From Guillardia theta CCMP2712 (Eukaryota > Protista > Cryptophyta), in NCBI RefSeq assembly GCF_000315625.1, contig NW_005434540.1:63625-127624 (forward strand): a stretch of 64,000 nt of DNA, written 5' to 3'. Within the stretch, counting starts at the first letter, position 1; every line of letters begins with the position of its first letter. Positions 54,595 through 64,000 of the stretch are shown here, in pieces. The notes beneath the pieces are model-generated. The model worked only from the letters and a program-made list of their open reading frames with translations. It made no database searches and had not been told where the DNA came from. Both the position numbers and the translations under genes were made by a program.

Positions 54595-57500
54595 CTACGT
54601 CCGCCTCAGAGCTGCCTGTAGCTCAACCAGCTCGTGCATCCTGTGTGCATGCTTGGCGCAGAGAGCGTCGAGTGCATCGCTGCTGAGCATTCAGCTGGGG
54701 TAGGGAGGAGCAAGTCCTTAACCTCCTCACTACTTGTCGCACAGGATCGTCTCCTCCGCATTCGAAGCATCCCAGCAGCGCTCCGTCCTCTCCCTGCCCG
54801 CTTGTCAACTAGCACTCGCCTCCTTCCCCTCTCCTGCTCCCCATGCTCCTCCCCTCGATCCTGCTCCGTCTTCCCCTCGCCATTCCACTGCTCCTCCTGC
54901 TCCCCTCTTTCCAATTTTCTGCTCCGCGTCATAATCGCACTTCACCTGGATGCAGGTGGAGCAGAAGCTGTGCCCGCATGGAATGCAGGTGACAGGCGCC
55001 TGCATCAGCCTTTGCGCCTTGGAGTCAGGAAGGGGAGGCAGCAACCAAGAAGAGCAAGAGCAAGGCGAGGAGCAGGAGGAAACGTGAAGAGCTCCGAGTA
55101 GGAGGGGAGGGAGGGGGAGGGGAAGAGCACGAACCTCAAGCAACCCATGCAAGTCAGCGAGCTTTCAAGCGCTTCTTCTCCGCTCAGCAGTTTGTTGACC
55201 GTCGACCTGGAGGACTGAGTGAGAGGGCAGAATGGATAGAGGAGAGGAGGAAGAAGAGGAGAGGAGTAGAGTTGGAGGGAGGACGACAGAAAGTTACCGG
55301 AAATTTCTTTCCTTTGTATCAAAATCAGCCTGACGCTTGGAGATCGCAAGTTCGAGCTTCTTGGTTAGCTGAGAATTGTCTCAGCTGACCCCCAGCACAA
55401 CAAAGGAGTGGCACTTCATGCTCGCTCATGATCTTCAACTTGTCAATCTCGATCTTCTGCTGGACTTCTTTCCTTCTCAGCTCCTCTGATGTTACATCCA
55501 GCTGGGCCTACCGGAGTTGTCAAAGTCTGTCAAGCACGTATGAATGCCTCGACCTGCAGTCTCTGAGCTTCTTCCCGCAACTTTGCGGCCTCTTCCTGAA
55601 GGTCCCTCCGCATCTGAGCCAAGCTGCTGCTCAGCTAATGTGGTCTCGTACTCAAGGTCTTACCTTCGTCTCCTCCTGAAGTTTCTTCTCCTCCAGCTGC
55701 CGTTGGTCCATCATCTGACTTGTCATCTGGGTCTCCCTCTCCTGCTGGCCTTGTGAGATCGAGTTAATGAAGGTCAGGAGGGAGGAGGGAGGAGGAGGAA
55801 GAGAGGAGGTAGGGAGGAGGGAGGAGGTGGCAGTGAGGATGAGGAAGCAAGGTAGAGAGGCATAGGAGGAGCACAAGGAGGATCAAGAACGACCGCTAGA
55901 GATTGAGTGAGTTGACTGAGAGCAGCCTGAAAGTTGAAGAAGAGCGAGCGATGGGCGTCGGTGAGCTGAGACGCGAAGCTCTTGGTCGCTTCTTCTCTCT
56001 TCTCTGCCTCCCCGCAGGCTTTGACAAGCTGAGAAATTTGTCAGTTGATAAAGAATAAGGGGGGATGATAAGAGAATGAGGGGGATGATGAGAGAATGAG
56101 GGGGATGATGAGAGGGTTCACTTTGGCATGGGCTGATCGCATGGAACTCAGTTGACCATCAACGTCTTTGAGCTTTTTCATCGTCTCGTCCAGCCTCGAT
56201 TGCAAATTCTTGCACTGTAATTTTGAAATCGAAGTCGATGAATTCAAACTGCTCTCACCTTCGAGCGCTCATCAGAGAGATCTCTTAAGGTTTTGTCTTC
56301 TTTCGTCTTGTTTGCGTCGCTTTCTTCTTTTCTCTGTAAGGGAGTATGAGATAAACGTCTTCTGCTCTTGCGTTGAAGTCACGACCAACACATTGAACAT
56401 TAATACACGTGTCATCATTGATAAGTATCAACTCAACATGAGGCCGAGAGAATGTCACTTTCAGCATAGAACAGCAAATATCAACATCTTTTTTCGAATC
56501 TTCCAACCTTCCGCTCAATCTCCATCAGTTTCATCTGCAGGGAAGAATGCTTGTCCTGCAACATGCTCATGGTCAGAATGTCAAGGAGAGGGTTGGAGTA
56601 GGAGGTTGCGGAGTGAGGAGATTGTAGGATGGAACGAGTGTGGAGTGAGTGTAGAGGGGAGGAAGAGTGAGGGAGGCCGACAGAAGGATCGAGGGAGATA
56701 CCTGCATCTCCTTCCAGTGCGACTTGACCTTTCCTAGCTCCGCGTCGGTCGCCTGACACGACCTTCATCAATATCTGGAAACCTCTGCTGCTGCTGGTGG
56801 TGGTGGTGGTGCTGCTGGTGCTTCTGCTTCTGCTTCTGCTGCTGCTGCTGCTGCTCCACCACCACCACCACCACCACCTCCTCCTCCTCCTCCTCCTCCT
56901 TCTCGTCATCTCCATGATTGCCGTCATACCTGTAGTTTGATTGTGATCTGCTGGATGGTTCTTTCTTTTTCCTTGATGTTTGTCTGGCGCCAGCACATTG
57001 TCATGATCACCGAACCTTCAACAACCCTCCTCTTCTTTCTTCCACTCTACTTCGTCCTCGCCCCCCCGCCCCACCCCTTCCCCCTCCCCCTCCCCCTCCT
57101 CCTCCTCCTCCTCCCTCTGCTCTACCTGCAACGTCTTGACTGTTTCCTTCGAGTTGAAGCTCACCAACACTCCAACCCCTTGCGCGACTTCTCCGCCAGC
57201 TGGAAGAGAGTTGGAAAGTTCCCTCCTCTCCCTGACTCCCGAAGAGTGTCACAGAGCAGCTCACAACTCTTCGGAAAGACCGGGTGGTAGAGGAGCTGGA
57301 GCTTGTGCTGGAGACAGTCGTGGAGGAGGTTGTTGTAGTTTCGGACAGGGTTGTCAATTTCTCTTCAAGTTGGGTCATCTTGAAACACTTGCTTGTCAAA
57401 CAGTCAGTTCACGAGAGTGTTTGGTTTTCACCTCTTGTCGCATCTTTTCGTCTTCTCTCTCGAGTTCTTTGATGTGAGTATCGGATTGCAGGAGCTGCTG

Positions 57501-60117
57501 CTGTGCAATGTCGAGATCTTTTTCGAGATTTGCGATCCTCTGACAACAAAGTTCATCTTCATTGTCATCATCGACAACATCATCGCAATGATCAAAGATG
57601 GTCAAAGACTCCATCTCCATTAACAACTCGATTCCATCAAGATATGCATCATCACACTCGCATATCAAAAGAACAAACCTCTTGCAGCTGCTGCTTCTCC
57701 TGCATGAAGGTTGACATGAACTGTTGAAGTTCTTTGATCTGATATTTGAAACTTCAGAAGGATCGTTTCGTCTCAGGAACGAAATTTCTGATGGCGCGAA
57801 CAACTCACAACTCACTTGTTCTTTGAGCTTCAGCGATGAAGCTCGTTCTTCCGTGACTTCCATTTTCAGTTTCTCTTGCTCCTGAATGTTTTCATGTTGC
57901 ACCAGCTCTAGTTTCTGCAGTCTGTCTCAACATAGTTGTGAAAACACTTCGGTATCATACTTCACACTTAATCTTTAGGCCTGCCAACTCAGAGACAACT
58001 GAATCCTTTTCTTGCATTTGTTCTCTAAATTTCTCAGTCATCTGCAAAAATTTCTTTCAGATTTTCCTCCATTTCAATTCTCTGTTGTCACCTGACACAT
58101 CTCCACCTCGATTTCTCGAGATTCCTTCAAATTCTCTTTGCAAATTTCAACCTGCTGATGCAGCAAAAACTCAACTTGGCGTTTCTGCAGCGGAAGTCAT
58201 CATCATCTCATGGTCGACATCCCAGAATTTTCATCACCATGCTGAGTGTTTGATTGACAAGGTGCTTGAGATCCTTGACCTCATTCTCAGCTCTTCTGTT
58301 CGACGCATCCTGCTCGATGAAGTTGTGAGATATCCCTGAGATAACTCTCCCGACGGCCTCCAGCTGTTTGATATTCTCTCTCAGCTCTTCGGCCTTGTTC
58401 GCGCATTGCTGCAGTCTGATGTCCTTCTCCCAAACTCTGCCCTGAAGTTCTGCGACATGCGCTGAGTTCTCGTTCTCGTTCCTTTGAGAAGATTCTTGAA
58501 GCTGCTTCAGACTGAGTTCGTTCACCTGTCACATGTCAGACTGGCAGGTGATGTTGTTAGCCTTAGGTGAAGAAGCAGATGTGAAGTTGGTAGATGAAAT
58601 GTGAAGTTGGTAGGTGACAAGAATTTGAAGTTGTAGATGAAATCTTGAATTGTTACGTGGAGTTGTGACGAAATCTCTTCAATTTGATTGTTCGACTCGG
58701 AAAGTTGTCCTCTCAGCCACGCTAGCTCGTCCATCGCCTGCCGGTAGCTGCTGCAGTGTAAGGAGTAGAGAAAAAATGAGGAGGAGGAGGAGGCGAAGGA
58801 GGAGGAGGAGGAGGGAGGAGGAGGAGGAGGAGGAGGAGGAGGAGGAGGAGGAGGAGGAGGAGGAGGAGGAGCGACGAGAGGAAAGGGACGGGAACGGGGA
58901 CGGAAAGGACGGANNNNNNNNNNNNNNNNNNNNNNNNNNNNNNNNNNNNNNNNNNNNNNNNNNNNNNNNNNNNNNNNNNNNNNNNNNNNNNNNNNNNNNN
59001 NNNNNNNNNNNNNCATCTAATCTTCGTCATGTGCTGGCGCTGCAGTATAACGAGATGATCCTCAAATTGCATCCTTGTTCTTCTACGACTGGATATTTCT
59101 TGTCGTCTCCCTGAGAGAAGAAGATTGGTGCTGCTGGTCAGGGAGGTGTACTTCGTGCTCGCTCTCATCACGGTGGGTGTCGATGTTGGCCCCAGCAGGA
59201 GAAGCAGCAGATGAGCTGGTACCTGAAGCAGGAGGTGGTCGACGACGAGAAGAAGAAGAAGTAGAAGAAGTCCTGTAGAGGTAAGGGGAGGTGAGGAGAA
59301 TGATGTTCTGGTTGATGATTGTAATAAAAAAAAAATCGTCTTCCCCCCCCCAGCTCGTCGACCTTCTCGAAGTAGGAGGAGGAGGAGGAGGAGGAGGAGG
59401 AGGAGGAGGAGGAGGAGGAGGAAGCGCATGAAAAGGCGGAGGGCGAAGAGCAGGAGGAGCGCGGAGGAGAAGAGGAAATACCGCGTGTAAATATCTTGCA
59501 TTTCTTCTCTGTCCTGATTTACTCGCTCTTGCAAGCTCATGACATCGCGATCGATCGTGCTTTGGATGTTCGCGCGATGCTCCTTCAGCTCCTCGCGCTG
59601 TTTCGCAGAGTCAGCGCATGCCGTGCTCACGTCTCGGTACCTGCATGCTGATACGTCGCTCCAGGATCGCAAACCAGTCCTCCTCCTCCTCCTCCTCCTC
59701 GTTCTTGTAGGAGCTGCTCATCTCCACCTCTCGCCGAAGTTTGCTCGCCTGACTCATCTTTGAAGGCTCTGCAAACTTCAACGAGGGACCTGTATACGTC
59801 GCTGGTCGACTGGTGCTCGAGCTCCTTGCTAATTTTCCGCCGAAACTGGATGGCTCGAGAGGGAGAGGAGCCAACGAGGGTCTCGGCCTGCCAGGAACGA
59901 TCGCATCGTATCCTAAACTCGCTGTCCGTGACAGCCCAGCTCGAGTCTGCAGCTTTCGTCCTCCACCTGCTCCACCCCTGCTAGCCGCCCCAGTCCTCCG
60001 TCCTTCCTTTGCACTACCAGCCATAAGGATGAGAGGGGGTCGGCTACTACCTGCTCGCCCTCCTGCTCCTGCCCCTCCTGCCCCTCCTGCCCCTCCTCTA
60101 CCTCGCCATTGCTCCAT
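54595..60117 (-). CDS. Multi-exon coiled-coil protein with a C-terminal C3HC4 RING (may be more than one gene)
   Basis: LESSLTCMGCL|RLMQAPVTCIPCGHSFCSTCIQ|..GCFECG; many heptad-rich exons; spans an N gap. Confidence 0.65.
58914..59013. other. Assembly gap (100 N)
   Basis: N run next to (GGA)n. Confidence 1.
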
Positions 60118-60537
60118 CGGGGACTTTCGATGTACTAACCCGAATTTCCAACATATAATTTCAAATATTGTGGAAAATTCGAATTTTCAAAACGTTCCTG
60201 CATATTAATGTTGAGTAAAAGTTGAATACTTTAATGGCGAGGCGCATCAATCCTCGTCGACGAAGATGATGAGCATGATGGTGATGATGATGATGGAGAT
60301 GGTGATGGTGATGGAGACGATGATGACGATGATGGAGATGATGATGATGGAGATGATGACAACGATGGATGAAGAGACGATGGAATGCGAGATAGAGATA
60401 GAAAGGGAGAAAGGGAGAGAGGGAGGGAGGGAGAGCGGGTGGGGTGGAAAAGGACAGCGATCTAGTAGGCACTGAGAGAATTAGGGATCTTACAACTTGA
60501 CACCATTGTTGTTTTCACATGCTGATCTATTTGGCAG

Positions 60538-63500
60538 ATGAAGGAGAGGAGTATTGCTTGTCCTCTCTTTCTCTTCCTCCTCCTGTCAAGTGCTGGTATT
60601 GAATGCTCAATCTCGTCTACTTTCGAAGAGATCAGAAGACCTCATGCGGTAGTTCAGCGGCTGTTCGAGCAGGCGTCGCAAGCCGGCACAGTGCGGGGTG
60701 ACTTTGGTGTTGTGGAGCATTTCGAGAAGACTTTGGAGGGCAAGTGGGACCAAGTGAGTGAGTGCTGCTGAGAGAAAGTGCTGAGGTGCTGCTGCAGGTT
60801 CCCTTGTTGAACGATGCGAAGAATGTGGAGGAGATAGGAGATGGGGTGCTGGTGCGATTCCGAGGGATGATCCAGAACATTATGAACATAGAGTTCTATG
60901 TGAAGAGCGTCAAGATAAAGGAAGAGAGGGTGGAGATGTTCTTGGTGAAGTTCTTGCTATGACGAGCATCGCAGACGGGAGAGGTCAAGCAAGTTTCTTG
61001 CAAGTATAAGGATTCCTTCCCCTCCAACATGCTGGAAATTCCGGATGTTAGCGATTCTCGGACAGCTCGAAAACTTGGAGAGCGAACTCCTTGCATTTGT
61101 TTCCCTATCCCAGGTACCCTTGAACCTCTTGAGGAGGGGGACGGGAAGAGTTGGACGTCAGGGGGGTAAGGAACAGGAGGAGCAGGAGGATCAGGAGGAA
61201 GGAGGGTAGCAGGAGAATGGGAGGGGGAAGGGGAGGAAGGAGGCACTGGGAGGAGAAGGAGAGGAGGAGGATGAGGGGGGGCGGGTGGAGGGGGCGGGAG
61301 CAGATGATGGGATGGCAGGCGAGACAGATTGGGTGAAGAAGGCTTTCAGTGCGTGTGCCCCTCCCCTTCCTCTGCGATTCGAAGAAGAGGAAGTTGAAAC
61401 GAAAGAGAAAACTTCTGGAAAGAGAACTTTTGAACCGGGAGAGGAGACGGGGACAGTGGACGCGGGTGAAGAGACGAAGGGAGATGGAGCTGAAGAAGTT
61501 AAGCGTCAGGAAGAAGCATTAATCCAGCAAGAAGAAAACAATTCCTCCTCCATTGCATCGAATCGAACTCTCAAGCCCACAAAGATGTTCGTCCTCAGGG
61601 CAGGAAACCAAAGCAGCGTGCTGTTTCCTGAAGGTTGACTTCTCCTGATCCTCGCCCCCCTCTTCTCCTCCTTCATCTGACTGACTGATGGTACGATCGC
61701 AGGTTTCTCTGAGGAGCAAGCACGGGAACTGGTCTCTACCGAGCTGGCCCGGCACCCGGACTGGAAGATAGAAGTGGCGAGTCCAGAAGATGTTGAGGAC
61801 GCGCATAAGTTCATCCCGACCGTCCAGACGGAGGCAGAGATCATGAGGAGGTACCAGAAGTTCCCGGACGAGAGAAAGAAGGGGGAGAAGAGGAAGAAGA
61901 AGGATGAATTGCGATGGGCCTTCGGGCACGACCAGTTCGGGTCAAAATCAGCAGAGAATGGGGAGTTCAACCCTGGTCAGCAGTACTTGATGAAGTTGTA
62001 CGATATTGACAGGTGCGATTTGGGAGAAGGGGGGGAGGAGTTGACGGCGATTCTGATGATTGCAAGCAGGAAGCACATTGATATCCTGCAAGTAGCGGAG
62101 TTCGTTGGGATCCTGTCTTTCGATGCGGTCGGGACAGTTTTCAAAGATGACATCAAGGAGGCGTACAATGAAATACCAGATGAAATCTTCTCGCTCAACA
62201 TGGTTCCAACCAGGTGTTGTCAAACCTCAAACATCACAACTTGTCTTCTTGCTCATTGCAATGGCAACTGACTCTAACTCTGCTCGTCTGCTCAGCGTTC
62301 TTCCTCGCGTACATGTGCTGTTCATACGGCAGCTTTCCTCGAAGAAGAAGAAGATTTTGTTTCATCCGCTGATAACTAAGATGCTCTCTCCCCTTCCTCC
62401 TCTCTATCGTGACTTGATCTCCAAGATCAAATATGATTTGCCAGGTCCCCCCTCCTCCCTCCCCTCCCTCCCTCCCTCCCTCCCTCCCTCCCTCCCTCCC
62501 CCGCTTCTGCCCCCTTGAGCTCCTTTTCCTCCTCCTCCTCTTGTTCCTCTCTCGGTACCTCTCCTCGTCCTCTTCCTCCTCTCGACCACTTCCCCTTTCC
62601 CGCCTTCCCCTCTACCTCGTCCACCCCCTCGTTCGCTACCTGACAGAGCCCTCCAGCGCTCAAAAGCAGCGTAATTTCCATCCTGCGAGCAGCTCTTGAC
62701 GAGGACGATTTCGCTGCGCAGTATGTCTTCTACTGCATGATATCCAAGGTGAATGGAGTTGTTGTTGTTGTTGTTCTTGTTGTTGTTGTTGTTGTTGTTG
62801 TGTGTGCGTGTGTTGAGAGGAGGGAGGGGGAGGGGGGAGAGAAGACAGGGACTGGATTGTCGGGAAATGAAGAGGAAATGAAGCTGATGAGGTTGGAGGG
62901 AGAGACGGAGGAGGGAGAATGAATGGAGGAATTGTTGGGCAGGAATAGAGGGAGGGATGAAGGGGAAAGGAAAGGGGAGGAGGAGGAGGGAGAGGGAGAC
63001 AGATAGGGAGACGGAGAGGGAGGGAGGCAGGGAGGGAGGCAGGGAGGGAGGGGGAGGTTAAAGGATAGGGGAACTGTCACGTAGGGCAGCTACTGAGCAA
63101 GGAGAGCTCTGCAATCATCATTCCTCATTTCTTCCCCCAGATGAACAGCGCAGCTGACGGCCATCGAACGCCCGGGAAATTTTCTGTTGGTCTCAAGGTG
63201 GAGTCGGGGGGCGAAGAAGAAGGAGAGGGTAGTGGAGAGGCTCCATAGAGCTCTCTGCTCCCTGCTGCCGATGGTCCCAGAAGGTGAAGGTCAGCTCGAA
63301 GAGTCTCAATAGCGGCACTTTGCTGTGCAAGAGAAATTTGAAATCAGATCTCATCAGTGCCTGTCCTTTCCCAGGTGAACTCCCTGCTGCTCCTGCTCCT
63401 GCTCCTGCTCCTGCTGCTTCTGCTCCTCCTCCTTTGTTTTCCTCTGCAAAGCTACTGCACGTGGCTCCTACTTCTTGTCCTGCTGTTCTCCTCGTGCCTT

Positions 63501-64000
63501 CCTACATAATCCCCTTACTTCTGCTCGTGACAGGCACCTCGAGGTTGCTTGTTCCTTCTTGATCACGACGACATCGCGCCTTCAGGTTTGAGCTTGACTC
63601 CTCCTCTCTCTCTCCCTCCTCCTCCTTTCTCTCTCCCTCCTCCTCCTCCCTTCCCCTCCTCCCTTCTCTTACTCCGTCCCTTCCTCTCCTCCTTACATCT
63701 TCTCCTTACATCTTTACCTGCCTTCCTCCAGTCTCCTCTCCCTTGCTTCCCTCCCATGATCTTGTGATGAAAAGGCGTGACGGGACTTGGCTACAAGAGT
63801 ATGATGGCACTCAAGTAAGAAACGTGGGGTGATGATGATGATGATGACGACGACGACAACGACGATGCCAACGACGATGATGACAGAGATGATGATGATG
63901 ATAATGATGGAAATGATGATGACAATGATGGAAATGATGATGATGATGATGTGAATGATGATGATGATGATGATGATGGAGATAATAGAGGCCGAGGCAG
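60538..64000 (+). CDS. MCMBP: Mini-chromosome maintenance complex-binding protein (MCMBP/ETG1), 5' part
   Basis: LVRFRGMIQNIMNIEFY, KYKD, ERTPCICFPIP|GETDWVK, LMKLYD, AEFVGILS, LPRVHVL, DDFAAQYVFYCMISK. Confidence 0.85.

Noticed and set aside
1-64000. tRNA or rRNA genes
   Set aside because: None recognised by eye; tRNAscan/Infernal not run.

Overview
Intron-rich eukaryotic nuclear DNA with many ~50-bp GT/GC-AG introns, long (GGA)n/(CCT)n tracts and three 100-N gaps. The style suggests a cryptophyte alga of the Guillardia/Hanusia type; this is inference, not directly shown. Host genes include a DDX55/Spb4 helicase, MCMBP, a SAM methyltransferase, a ClpB/torsin-like AAA+ protein and several coiled-coil proteins. 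An accessory block spans about 7.8-31 kb and has five parts. (1) A 3.3-kb tandem duplication carrying a triple-Zn2Cys6 factor. (2) An ~11.6-kb compact, nearly intronless island of about 12 orphan genes with uniform TATA-like promoters, two multi-TM proteins, a Pro/Tyr-rich paralog pair, one spliceosomal intron and an AT-rich 26-bp palindrome; it is best read as an endogenous large-DNA-virus fragment, although I see no hallmark capsid or polymerase gene. (3) A truncated non-LTR retroelement tail plus a 29-bp minisatellite. (4) An 851-aa, 4-intron CryptonS-type tyrosine recombinase whose frame is intact but whose predicted catalytic Lys and Tyr are substituted. (5) A bacterial-type FkbH-ACP-ankyrin gene with a 268-bp fold-back duplication and a frameshift. 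All assignments rest on motif recognition by eye; no database searches were run.
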